Assembly: GCA_051599415.1 (NCBI GenBank)
Contig: AP039696.1
Coordinates: 1-64,000, forward strand
DNA length: 64,000 nucleotides
Reading direction: 5' to 3'
DNA from: Savitreella phatthalungensis
Taxonomy: Eukaryota
The position numbers and the translations under genes are program-made. Positions 1-9,949 of the stretch are shown here, piece after piece (within the stretch, counting starts at the first letter, position 1; each line of letters opens with the position of its first letter). The notes under the pieces were generated by a model. That model worked only from the letters and a program-made list of their open reading frames with translations. It had not been told where the DNA came from and made no database searches.

Positions 1-55
1 CAGTTACGTATTGCTAAGGTTAAGACTACTTTCTGCCTTTGCGAGAACAGCACCT
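1..55 (+). other. Oxford Nanopore ligation adapter remnant plus native barcode (sequencing artefact)
   Basis: CAGTTACGTATTGCT (1-15) is the 3' end of the ONT adapter. AAGGTTAA (16-23) and CAGCACCT (48-55) are the native-barcode flanks around the 24-mer GACTACTTTCTGCCTTTGCGAGAA, which I recognise as barcode 06. Confidence 0.95.
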
Positions 56-215
56 ACCCTAACCCTAACCCACCTAACCCTAACCCTAACCCTAACCCTA
101 ACCCTAACCCTAACCCTAACCCTAACCCTAACCCTAACCCTAACCCCCAACCCTAACCCTAACCCTAACCCTAACCCTAACCCTAACCCTAACCCTAACC
201 CTAACCCTAACCCTA
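56..215 (-). repeat. Telomere, (TTAGGG)n, read as (CCCTAA)n on +
   Basis: About 26 tandem CCCTAA units with two variant units, near 69-75 and 144-150. The C-rich strand at the contig start is the expected left-end orientation. Confidence 0.98.
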
Positions 216-1430
216 TGCACTACATTTGTCCGCACGCATATGCCCCTGCTGGTCTTCAACATCATCATCATCTTGCTGTCTCCTTGCTCTCCTTGCTGCT
301 GCTCCTCTCACCCCGCTGTACTACTGCTCTCAATCCCTCATCTATCTGACACTCTTCCTCCCGTTTACCTGAAACATTCCATGCCATTTGCCCTCCTCAT
401 TCCTACTCTTAAAAACCCTGCCATCTATTTCATCTGCAACTGCACCGTCACCTGCCAAATGCCAAATGCTGTTTTCTGCATCTCACCTGTCACCTGTCAC
501 ATGCTCTTACCTGCATGTCCGCTGTCAAATGCTGTTACCTGAACTGTCACTTCCCTAACACTGTTATCTGCCCTGCCGCCTGCCAAATGCCATCACCTGC
601 CAAATGCCATCAACTGTCAAAATCACTCATCAATCCCAACACCTGCCCTGCCATCTCTCATTTGCCATGACACACCCTGTAACCCTCACATGCTCTCACC
701 TGCCCTGTCTCTGTCAAATGTTGTTACCTGCCTGGTCTCCTTCAAATGCTGTCATTTGCACTGTTGTCTGCCATGTGCTGTTGCCTGCACCATCATCTGT
801 CACCCGGTGTTATCTGCACTGTCATTTGTGTCATCATCTCTCAAATACCGTTACCTGCGCTACTACTTGCCTCATTGCCCTGCTCTGTGGCCTGGCATTT
901 GTCAAACCCTGGATCAGCCAATTGCTCTTCATCTGTCATCTCCTGTTTTCTGTTCTTGTCACTCACTGTTGCCCGCACTGTACCTTGTTTCATTACTGCA
1001 CTGCCATTGGCTGAATGATGTCATCTGTTAAACACTGCAACATCACTTGATATATCTTTCCTGCACTGTCACTTGTCACTGTCATTTGTCACCTGGCCCT
1101 GCCACTGACTCTGTCTTTGTTTGTTATAAACACCACTTGCTTGGCCCTGGCCCTACCCTGTTGCCTGCATTCTCTTTCCTCTGTCTGTAATTGGCACTGC
1201 CGCCTGTTGTGCAACATCATTTGACTGCAGTTGACTGCAATTGACTGCAATGTCACATGGCATGCACTGTTTCCTCCATTGTTGCTTGTCAAATCCGTTG
1301 CTTGTGCTGCCCTGTGCCCTTTTCTTCACAATGGACTCAAATTCTCTGTCACTTGCTCCCATCGCAATGGACCATATTGTACAACTGTCACCTTTGCGTA
1401 CTCTATGTCATGCAATATGTCCCTCAATCA
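216..1430. repeat. Subtelomeric degenerate/cryptic repeat region
   Basis: C/T-rich and G-poor on +. Recurrent TGTCAY, CTGCC and GYCAAATGC motifs, and TTGACTGCAR x3 at 1221-1250. No credible ORF. Confidence 0.7.
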
Positions 1431-1877
1431 ATCGTAAGTGCGCTGAAAGTTGCTTCGTCTTATGCTTGTTGCGATATTGTTCTTGCTTATGCATTTTCGG
1501 GCTTCACCTGTATCGTGGTCTCGCCTGCAGCTGCTTGGAGATGCCTGCGTTCACAGCAACCGGATGCTTGCGTGGCCGCTCGCAGAGCACTTGACCGCGT
1601 GCAGCTAAGATATCTGATCGTACCGATTGAGGCACCAATGAGTGAGTTTATTGCCGCATATCTCGACGCGGTCAACCTGATGGCCGCATGATCTCTATTC
1701 GTTCAGGCGGGCTGCGCTGCTTCCCTTGGCTGTATGACGCTCATTCGTCCGCGATCTTCGGCAAATGCCTGTGACCAACCCTAAGTGACCAATTGTAGGC
1801 TCGCGTAACCTTTCGCCCAACAAACCCTTCGTGCGAGAGACGTAGCGCAGCTGTGCTTTCCGAGATCAGGAGGTCTG

Positions 1878-2495
1878 CTACTCCTTGACTTGTTTATCAA
1901 TGCGATCAAGAAGGCCTTGTGCATATTGCACGGCTTCCTTGCGCTTCTGTCGAAGTTCAAGTCGCTGGTCCTCTGCGAAAGTCTCAGTCGCGACAATGCC
2001 ATCGAGTAGAAATAGCTTCTGTAGAAGGAGCTCAGCGAGTCGGTCGTGCTGCTCCTTGTTCTCTTCTGCCGCCAAGTAGCGCTCAACTTCAGGCTCAATA
2101 TCGCGCTCGATGCTCCCGCGCAGCTTCAAAAGCGCCTCGATCGGGTTGTTGCGTGCGTTTGCGAGTTCCCGTTCTTTGCGCTCGGAAGCGTCGTTCCCGC
2201 CATTTCGAGGCAGATTCTTCGTCGCCATACACAACACCTTGCTCCCACTTCGAATTCCGACGTCCGAAAGCTTGACTGCATCTTGCGACAGTAGCTTGCC
2301 GCGATAGAGTAATCTGATTTGCTGTCTAGGCGCCTTGGTGAATTCCACGCAACTGTCGCGCAACTCGCCAACAGTCACTCTGCCACCCTCAACTTGCCCA
2401 GGTTCGAACTCAACGTCGTACTTCTCGTTGCCATGTGCAACTGTGATCACGCCGTCGCGTACGGAGGAGAAGAGCTTGTTGAAGAAAGACTCCAT
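1878..2495 (-). CDS. BAG-family Hsp70 co-chaperone (ubiquitin-like + BAG domain)
   Basis: Ubl signature IRLLYRGKLL...GSKVLCM, then BAG helices ELLLQKLFLLDGI...RQKRKEAVQYAQGLLDRID. Confidence 0.85.
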   Translation of the reverse strand: MESFFNKLFSSVRDGVITVAHGNEKYDVEFEPGQVEGGRVTVGELRDSCVEFTKAPRQQIRLLYRGKLLSQDAVKLSDVGIRSGSKVLCMATKNLPRNGGNDASERKERELANARNNPIEALLKLRGSIERDIEPEVERYLAAEENKEQHDRLAELLLQKLFLLDGIVATETFAEDQRLELRQKRKEAVQYAQGLLDRIDKQVKE

Positions 2496-2615
2496 CTGGT
2501 CTGGTTTTTTTTGAGCAGAACGGATGTCGTCAGAGCATTTTTAGGTTACGCACGAAAATGATAAAAGCGGACACGCGCGCAAGCGCGTCTGTATATTGAG
2601 GCGACAGGCCCAGCG

Positions 2616-3386
2616 ATGGACCGACCTGATTCTGTGCTGGACTACTATGCAAGCTATAGCGACAAGGAAAACAGCACAGATCCTCTAAATGCACCACTAA
2701 ATGGATCGAAGGGTCCGCGTAACCTGCCAAAGTCGCGATCCGTCAAAACGCTGGCAGGTCATTCGTCAGCGGGTTTGCGGCGATCTGTGTCGGTGTCTGC
2801 TGAGCTCGAAAGGCGTTCACGAGCCACACATGGGCCGCCGCCTTGGCTCAGCAAGTTTGCCCCAGACCCGCGGCTTCCGCCTGATCAACAGCTGCTCCCG
2901 ACAGTCGCGCGAGAGCTTGCTCGCGAGCGATGGGCAAAGGAGCATGGCACGACGGATGGATTTGAAGAACTTTGGATCATGAATATGGAACTACTGGACG
3001 AGTCGCGCGCTGATGAGCACGAGCTGAAACGGCGCAGCGTCTCGGACACTTTCCCGAGCGAGCCAAACCGACCGGTCGTTAATTTCTCAAGACGTTCGAG
3101 GCTGCCGTCCAGCCGCTCACTCGCAGAGGCAAGTCAATCGTCTGACACTCCCGATACTAGGAGATCAGTGCAACATGTGCTCGGTCATGATAGCGAACCG
3201 GATATGCCGCAAAATGAGCCGCTGGCCCGCGAGTTCGACGCAGAGGAAGCTGAAGCGCACCGTACAATGCTGAAAAACATCGCCGACCAGCAAACTGAAT
3301 CGACTGTTCGGAGACATTCGCTACATAAAGTGCCCTCTACGCGCAAAACTTCCAGCAGCTCACCGCGATGCTGCGTGATAATGTGA
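2616..3386 (+). CDS. Prenylated cell-end marker anchor, TeaR/Mod5-like
   Basis: Mostly disordered 256 aa with the motif PPWLSKFAPDPRLPPDQQLLPT, which I recall from fungal TeaR-like proteins. Ends in CCVIM (CaaX plus an adjacent Cys). Confidence 0.6.
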   Translation: MDRPDSVLDYYASYSDKENSTDPLNAPLNGSKGPRNLPKSRSVKTLAGHSSAGLRRSVSVSAELERRSRATHGPPPWLSKFAPDPRLPPDQQLLPTVARELARERWAKEHGTTDGFEELWIMNMELLDESRADEHELKRRSVSDTFPSEPNRPVVNFSRRSRLPSSRSLAEASQSSDTPDTRRSVQHVLGHDSEPDMPQNEPLAREFDAEEAEAHRTMLKNIADQQTESTVRRHSLHKVPSTRKTSSSSPRCCVIM

Positions 3387-3476
3387 CTTAATCTTCACAT
3401 GCTGGACAAAGATATATGTTCACGATCAAATAGACGACAAAATGACCCACACGCAATACTAGACGCGATTTTCCAC

Positions 3477-4424
3477 ATGGACTTGACGGTCCGCGTACCA
3501 TCCTATCACGAACTCTCGCTACCAGCGAAGCACATAGTCTATCAAGTAGACGTTCAACTGTCCAGCTCATTGCAGCAGTATCGGCTGTCGAAGCGCTACT
3601 CTGATTTCGACAGACTCGATCGGGAACTGCGCACGCGTCATGGAAACATACCGACACTGCCTCCAAAGCGCCTGCTCTTTTCTCCAAAGCTGGAAGACCG
3701 GCGTGCTGGCCTAGAGCGCTATCTCAGACAGGCATGCGCCGGTGTATGCGCGGGCGATAAAGCCCTTGTCTCTTTTCTGGAGATCCCTGGCCGGCAGAAC
3801 TCGTACCAACAGAGGGAAGGCGAAATCGGGTTCTACGACGGGGTGCGCGATGTCCGCCGGGAGTTGCAAATAGCTCGTCGCTGGCTTACCGATCCGCCGG
3901 ATGCCGTCACTCCTCCAATCGCTGAGGCGAAACGTCACATAGCACGCGCCGATCGATTCCTAGGCAAGGTTCGGCATGACGGCCAAGATAAGATCTCAAG
4001 ACAAGAAGGCCTGCGTCGGCAGGACATCGTCGAATCGCTTGGGAGGGAGATCATGGCCTTGGTAGAATTGGCAAGCGCTCGTCGAGACACGAATGATAAA
4101 GCCAAGCAGGGGCACCAGGGAAAGAAACAGCAAACACAGGCCATTACGGGACGCGTGCTCGGTCAACAGCAGGAGATGCCAGCAACCTTGGCTCTCGACA
4201 ATCAGGGTTTGCTACAGCTGCAAAACACTCAGATGCAGCAGCAGGATCAGCTTCTGGAGACGCTGCTCCCGATCCTGCAGCGGCAGCGTGAGCTTGGCGA
4301 AACGATCGCCCGGGAGGTCGAAGGTCAGGACGAGGTGCTAGAGCAACTGGATGGAGGTCTCGGGTCCATGCAGAGTAAGATGCAGCGAGGTAAGCGCGAA
4401 ATGCGTCGCCAGCAAGGTTCTTGA
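3477..4424 (+). CDS. VAM7: Vam7-like PX-domain Qc-SNARE
   Basis: PX domain (KRYSDF...LPPK...RRAGLERYL) plus a C-terminal SNARE coil (QQDQLLETL...REVEGQDEVL), no TM. ATG 3477 preferred because it sits at the PX start; upstream in-frame ATG at 3399. Confidence 0.85.
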   Translation: MDLTVRVPSYHELSLPAKHIVYQVDVQLSSSLQQYRLSKRYSDFDRLDRELRTRHGNIPTLPPKRLLFSPKLEDRRAGLERYLRQACAGVCAGDKALVSFLEIPGRQNSYQQREGEIGFYDGVRDVRRELQIARRWLTDPPDAVTPPIAEAKRHIARADRFLGKVRHDGQDKISRQEGLRRQDIVESLGREIMALVELASARRDTNDKAKQGHQGKKQQTQAITGRVLGQQQEMPATLALDNQGLLQLQNTQMQQQDQLLETLLPILQRQRELGETIAREVEGQDEVLEQLDGGLGSMQSKMQRGKREMRRQQGS

Positions 4425-4426
4425 CA

Positions 4427-5296
4427 TTATCGATCTTGTTGCTGGCTAAATAAGCGCAAATGCGAAGTAATGTCTGCCTGGAACGCTGCGATATTGCCCT
4501 CGATCAGATTTGGCATGACAGCGTCTCCCGAGAGAGTCGTCCAGAACCGCTTGCCAGCGCGATTCATGCTCTCGTGCACAGTCTTATTGATATTAATCTT
4601 CGCGATTCCTGCCGCAATGCACCTTGTTGTCAGATCGTCGTCAAAATCGCTGTAGCCGTGCAAGACTAGTGGAGTTTCTGGGAGTTCCCGGGAGATAGCC
4701 TCGAGACGGTGCACCTGAATAACCCGTCGGGGCGACATGTTGCGTGGGTAGTTGCCATGCAAATTACCAACAGCTGGGGCGAGCATATCGACCTTTGTGC
4801 TATCGACGAAGTGGCGGGCTGCAGCCGGGTCCGTCAAAATGGCTTGCATCAGAGGTGCATCAACGACACCCTCCTCGCTGCCGTCAATTCTCCCCATCTC
4901 AGCCTCCACGGCGATGCCGTTCGCGTGTGCCTCCTGCGTCAGGCTGCTGGTGAGCCTGATATTGTCTTCGTGAGAGTGGTGGCTCATATCGACCATAATT
5001 GAGTCAAAACCGAGTTCGATTGATAGCCTGACATCTTCGATTGTCTGAACATGGTCGATGTGGGCGCTGGTCCAGGGTGAGGTCGAAGCTGCCAGGACAG
5101 CGCACCGCGCGAGCAAATGGCTTGGTGCGGCATGCAGTGCCCATGGGAAGACCTGCACGATTGCCGGTAAGTGCGCTGCTTCTGCAGCGGCGACGGTCGC
5201 AATCATTGCCTCATAATTGTAGCAATTGACCGCGGCAACAGCGCAGCCGCTGGAGCGAGCTAACCTGAGGAGCTTCAAAGTCTTGTTGGCATCCAT
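4427..5296 (-). CDS. Class II ketose/fructose-bisphosphate aldolase
   Basis: HIDH, DSIMVD, VEAEMG, GNLHG, LVLHG and KININ motifs. First ATG at 5296. Confidence 0.9.
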   Translation of the reverse strand: MDANKTLKLLRLARSSGCAVAAVNCYNYEAMIATVAAAEAAHLPAIVQVFPWALHAAPSHLLARCAVLAASTSPWTSAHIDHVQTIEDVRLSIELGFDSIMVDMSHHSHEDNIRLTSSLTQEAHANGIAVEAEMGRIDGSEEGVVDAPLMQAILTDPAAARHFVDSTKVDMLAPAVGNLHGNYPRNMSPRRVIQVHRLEAISRELPETPLVLHGYSDFDDDLTTRCIAAGIAKININKTVHESMNRAGKRFWTTLSGDAVMPNLIEGNIAAFQADITSHLRLFSQQQDR

Positions 5297-5344
5297 TCCG
5301 AATCGGCTGATACGTGCAATGTGTCGCGTGGGATCTTTTATAAG

Positions 5345-5800
5345 ATGAAGGAAACGCAAAACGAATCGGCGATGCTACTAGCTCTTCCGAATGAGCTGTT
5401 TGGCGATATTCTACAGCGCCTGGACATGCGTTCTGTGCTGCGGTTGACGAGGACATCACGTGATGTCAAGGCCAAGATAGTCCGGGCCGGACATTTCCCC
5501 GGCGACTTCGACCTGGTGCGCAAACAATACCTGAGAAATTGCTTGTGCGAGGGTTGCCACGTTTCGACATCACTCCTCGGTCAACTGTTCGACATCGGGC
5601 CGGAGCGGCACGAGATCTGGAAGAACAACTTTCTAATGCTCTGTGATGATTGCGGCCTCTCGGCTATGAAGTGTGAAGAACATGCGCGCATGTGCGCGAG
5701 GATGTATTACTTCTGTCGACCGCAGATGCTTGCTCATTCGGACAAGCTGAAGAGGGAAAACGGACTCATGTCGACCAGGAGATCATTCTTCATCGTATAG
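5345..5800 (+). CDS. Small F-box protein with Cys-rich C-terminus
   Basis: F-box pattern LLALPNELFGDILQRLDMRSVLRLTRTSR, followed by CxxC pairs (CEGC, CDDC). Confidence 0.7.
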   Translation: MKETQNESAMLLALPNELFGDILQRLDMRSVLRLTRTSRDVKAKIVRAGHFPGDFDLVRKQYLRNCLCEGCHVSTSLLGQLFDIGPERHEIWKNNFLMLCDDCGLSAMKCEEHARMCARMYYFCRPQMLAHSDKLKRENGLMSTRRSFFIV

Positions 5801-5908
5801 TCAAAATTCTTTGTAGGTTCTCGATCATTTATCATGCACAGATGTGACGCAAACGCAACAGATCTATACCAAATGAGCATGAACCTTGTGGGATAGGAAT
5901 GCGAAGAT

Positions 5909-8900
5909 ATGGCCAAGAAGAAAAAGGCTACTGCGAGCAACAGCCGCGGCTTCGCAACGACTTCTGTGCCATCAAAGGTCCCTGTCAGGCCCCCGGATGC
6001 AACGCCTGAGCCCGGAGCAAATGTCGCGACCCAGCATGCCTCCTCAATCGATGATCACCCAGCCACAACAATCTCAGGGCATGATGATGGCAAGGTTCAC
6101 GATCCCTTTCTTGAGTCTTCAACCGTTTATGAGACTGCGCTGCGTTCTTCCACCAAATTTTGGACCGATGTCGATGTCGAAAGGCGTTCCCGGAAGAGTT
6201 GCATATCGCTTACCCTGCCGGACGATATCGTGCAACGTGCGCTGACACTCGAAAGGACGACACGAGACGTCAAAGATGAGTCTGTCACCACTATCCTTCG
6301 ACAGGACATGCTGCTCGAGAGAGCCGGGCTTTCAAAAGAGCTCACGCGCACTATGCTGGAGACCTCGCCCAGTGTCGGCGATGCTGAGGAACTTCTTTTC
6401 GAGCTCGCGCGGCTTCACGGAGGCAACCTCTTGTATGAGGATCAGCCTGTCGTGAAGCAACTGCAATCACACACACCTGAGGAGCTTACGCCGCCCAGCT
6501 CGCCCAAGTTGCGGCCGTCTAGGATGACTGAGCTCCTCTCGGACGAGAGTGACCAGGATGACATCATGGAAGCGCCGACACGGTACTACATTGATAATCA
6601 GCTTGAACTACTTGCATTAAGAGCGCGTGCCAAGAAAGACCGAGACCTGCAGACCAAGGTTACTCGGCAGGAGAAGCGGGTCAGGGTGATCGAACAGCAA
6701 CATGGCTTCGACAAGAAGACGGCAACGCAGGAGGTGCGCCGGCAGCTCCAAGGCGGCTACCTGGAACGCGCAGCCGAGGAATGGAAGTCGACCTCAAAAG
6801 TAGCCCGCCCCGAGCCAGTGATCGCAGCGGAAACAGCCACGCCGAGTAGTGGCGTGTCTGATATCGACGAAGAAGGATGGCTGACGATACATAAATCCTT
6901 GTCGGACTTGAGCGAGGCTAATCAGCAGGGTCTCGATCAGATTGAGACGAAAGCTGCGGCAGAAAATCCGGCTGGGGACGAATCCGGCGACAGCTTGGAG
7001 ATCGGCGCACTCTTTGAAAAGTCTCTCGAGGAACCAGAAGTTGTTGAGACACTACCTTTCTTTCCGCTTACCCTTCGTGGAGGCACAGGTATCAGCCCTG
7101 TCAAGCTATTACAGACCCATCTCAAACGAGCTGACAAAGTTGCCCGTGATGAATTCGACGGTGCATGTTCTACGCTAATTCTGCGCTTCACAAGTTCCAA
7201 GATCTCGCGCCGGAAAGTGGTGTTGAAGAGCGATGCTTGGCGTTTCGCAGATATGGAAACGGCTCGTAACTACCTCTCGATGAAGGCACTATTCGACGTT
7301 CCCGAATTGCAGGGGGATAAGGCAGGCGTACGATTCGCAGGTGTCTACAAACAGGCATGGAATATGCTTCAGGAGCAAGAGCGTCTCGCACAGCAGGTTC
7401 AGATGAGAGATCGCGTCAATTCAGCTGAAGCGCTCCGGAATGTGCGCCTTCGCCGAGAGGCCGCTGCACCGTCATATCAATCGATCACAGTCCCCAACGA
7501 CGCCCCTAGGCAGGCTCGCCAGGCGCGTGAAGATTATGACTCTGCGTTCGCTTTGTGGCAGCAGTATTCTGGTTCACCTGCGTATGACCGCATGGCTGCC
7601 TATCGCGCGACTTTACCGATCGCAGCTTTCCGAGCGCCTATTCTCGATTCCGTGCGCAACAATCAGGTGACAATTTTGTGCGGTGAGACTGGTTGCGGCA
7701 AGTCGACGCAATTACCGACTTTTATACTTGAGGAATTCTTATCGCTCGGTCTCCCATGTAAGATCTACGTCACGGAACCACGACGTATATCGGCTGTATC
7801 GCTAGCCAACCGCGTCTCTGCCGAGCTCGGAGAGCCACGGCGCGCTCTCGCTGCGGGCGAGTCCTTGCTCGGATTCTCTATTCGGCTCGATTCTCAGGTC
7901 AGCGAGACGTCCCGTCTCATCTACGCAACCACAGGCATCGTGCTACGCATGCTCGAGGAGTCCCCGGAGCTTGGCGAGCTCACACACTTGATCATTGACG
8001 AGGTGCACGAACGCAGCATCGAATCTGACTTCCTGCTGATTGTGGTTCGCCGACTGCTGCAAACGCGGCGAGATTTGCGTGTCGTCCTGATGAGTGCGAC
8101 TTTGCAGGCGGAAAAGTTCAATGACTACTTCGGTGGCCATTGCTGCATTTTTCAGGTGCCTGGTCGCACTTTTCCAGTCGAGCAGAGGTTCCTCGAACAT
8201 GCCGTCGAAGAGACTGGGTTTGCGCTGGAAGAGGTCGCACCAATGACTGAGTCTTCCTGGGACGTCGAAGAGCTCAGCGAAGAATTCTCAGAGCGGACAC
8301 GAAATGCGGTGATGCGAATGGATCCGTACAAAATCCATTTCGACCTCATCATTTGCCTGCTGGAGCACATTGCGAAGGATGTAGCTCAATCTCAGGCTAT
8401 CCTCGTCTTTCTGCCAGGTCTCGGCGAGATTCGCCGTCTACTCGATCTGCTGACGGCTAACCGAACCTTCGGAGACTGTCGCAGATGGGTACTGTACGCC
8501 TTACACTCCACTGTCAGCAGTGAAAAGCAGCAGGCAGCGTTCGACGTTCCACCGCGTGGCACGCGTAAGATTGTTCTGGCTACCAACATTGCCGAGACCG
8601 GTATCACAATTCCGGATATCACCTGTGTTGTGGACGCGGGAAAGCACAAGGAGTCGCGATTCGACGCGCGACGACAGCTTTCCAGGCTCGTCGAGACCTA
8701 CGTTGCTAAAGCCAACGCCAGACAGCGCATGGGCCGTGCTGGACGTGTCCAGCCAGGCATTTGCTATCATTTGTTCACGCGCGCACGTTTTGACAAAATG
8801 GCGGAACACCAGTTGCCGGAGTTTCAACGGCTCAACCTGGACGAGCTTGCGCTCAGAGTCAAGACTGTGGGCCTCGGTAAGATAGATGAGGTCCTATCAG

Positions 8901-9916
8901 AGGCGCTCGACCCGCCAACTGCGGACAACATTCGTCGATCGATTGACAGCCTTGTGGGTGTCGGAGCACTCGACCTTCGGCACGAGTTGACGCTTCTCGG
9001 CCGTTATCTGGCCCGTTTACCCGTCGATGTCATTCTCGGGAAGCTGATCGTGTATGGTCTATGCTTCAGCTGCCTGGATCCGTGCTTGGTCATTGCTGCC
9101 TCGCTGTCTTCGAAGTCGCCATTTGAGACAAGTTTGGAGCGTGAGCGCGAGGTACAGCAGGCGAGGACATACTTTGAGCGCGGCCAGTCTGACTTCCTCA
9201 CCATCTGGACGGCTTACAGGAAATGGAGGATCGTATGCCAGGAGAATCCTCGCCACGAAGCTAAGTTCTGCCGAGACAATTGCTTAAGCATGAAGAATCT
9301 GGGCGCTATCGAAGAGCTTCGATTGCAGTATATCAAAGTGCTAGTCGAGAGCGGGCTGCTTTCCGTGGATCGGCCCATTCAGCGATTGCGCTTCGTCTCT
9401 TCGCGCGATGGCTTTGTCTCCCTACCCAAACATTGCCAAACGAACGAGTCCCAGCAGGCATACATCGAGCTGTGTCTTTGTGCAGCTTTCTATCCAAATC
9501 TCGTCAATGTAGACGATGGCTTCCGGACCGTGGCTAAGAACCAGCCGATCGTCATTCACCCGTCCTCGGTAAACTGCCGTCGAGCAAACTACCCGCGGCG
9601 CTGGCTTTACTTCTACGCACTGCTCAAAACAAAGACGGCCACGCTGGCGCATGAAACCGGGCCCGCGGACGACATTGTGGTGGCTTTGACATGCGGCGAC
9701 TTCGAGGTGAGGCCCTTCAGTGGCATTGTCAGCCTTGACCACGGTCGCGTCAAATTCGCCGTTCCTGATCTGAGGACTCTTGTGGCGATTAGCCTGCTTC
9801 GAGAACACCTCGAAGCCACATTTGCGTTGTTTTTAGAGGGCATTCGACGGCCGTCCGCGGCGGAAGACTGTTTGCTGTTGCTCCGGGATCTTGTGACGAC
9901 ATGCGAACAGCTATAG
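5909..9916 (+). CDS. DEAH/RHA RNA helicase, DHX29/DHX57-like
   Basis: GETGCGKST, DEVH, SAT, TNIAETGITI and QRMGRAGR motifs, with HA2 and OB-fold tail. 1335 aa, intronless. Confidence 0.92.
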   Translation: MAKKKKATASNSRGFATTSVPSKVPVRPPDATPEPGANVATQHASSIDDHPATTISGHDDGKVHDPFLESSTVYETALRSSTKFWTDVDVERRSRKSCISLTLPDDIVQRALTLERTTRDVKDESVTTILRQDMLLERAGLSKELTRTMLETSPSVGDAEELLFELARLHGGNLLYEDQPVVKQLQSHTPEELTPPSSPKLRPSRMTELLSDESDQDDIMEAPTRYYIDNQLELLALRARAKKDRDLQTKVTRQEKRVRVIEQQHGFDKKTATQEVRRQLQGGYLERAAEEWKSTSKVARPEPVIAAETATPSSGVSDIDEEGWLTIHKSLSDLSEANQQGLDQIETKAAAENPAGDESGDSLEIGALFEKSLEEPEVVETLPFFPLTLRGGTGISPVKLLQTHLKRADKVARDEFDGACSTLILRFTSSKISRRKVVLKSDAWRFADMETARNYLSMKALFDVPELQGDKAGVRFAGVYKQAWNMLQEQERLAQQVQMRDRVNSAEALRNVRLRREAAAPSYQSITVPNDAPRQARQAREDYDSAFALWQQYSGSPAYDRMAAYRATLPIAAFRAPILDSVRNNQVTILCGETGCGKSTQLPTFILEEFLSLGLPCKIYVTEPRRISAVSLANRVSAELGEPRRALAAGESLLGFSIRLDSQVSETSRLIYATTGIVLRMLEESPELGELTHLIIDEVHERSIESDFLLIVVRRLLQTRRDLRVVLMSATLQAEKFNDYFGGHCCIFQVPGRTFPVEQRFLEHAVEETGFALEEVAPMTESSWDVEELSEEFSERTRNAVMRMDPYKIHFDLIICLLEHIAKDVAQSQAILVFLPGLGEIRRLLDLLTANRTFGDCRRWVLYALHSTVSSEKQQAAFDVPPRGTRKIVLATNIAETGITIPDITCVVDAGKHKESRFDARRQLSRLVETYVAKANARQRMGRAGRVQPGICYHLFTRARFDKMAEHQLPEFQRLNLDELALRVKTVGLGKIDEVLSEALDPPTADNIRRSIDSLVGVGALDLRHELTLLGRYLARLPVDVILGKLIVYGLCFSCLDPCLVIAASLSSKSPFETSLEREREVQQARTYFERGQSDFLTIWTAYRKWRIVCQENPRHEAKFCRDNCLSMKNLGAIEELRLQYIKVLVESGLLSVDRPIQRLRFVSSRDGFVSLPKHCQTNESQQAYIELCLCAAFYPNLVNVDDGFRTVAKNQPIVIHPSSVNCRRANYPRRWLYFYALLKTKTATLAHETGPADDIVVALTCGDFEVRPFSGIVSLDHGRVKFAVPDLRTLVAISLLREHLEATFALFLEGIRRPSAAEDCLLLLRDLVTTCEQL

Positions 9917-9949
9917 AGATTTCGAGGCTAATGTTATTGTAAAATATAA

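Noticed and set aside
11..1437. ORFs over the telomere and subtelomere (LTLTLT/PNPNPN and Cys/Leu/His-rich frames)
   Set aside because: They are translations of the telomere repeat and of G-poor, low-complexity DNA; several overlapping frames are open at once.
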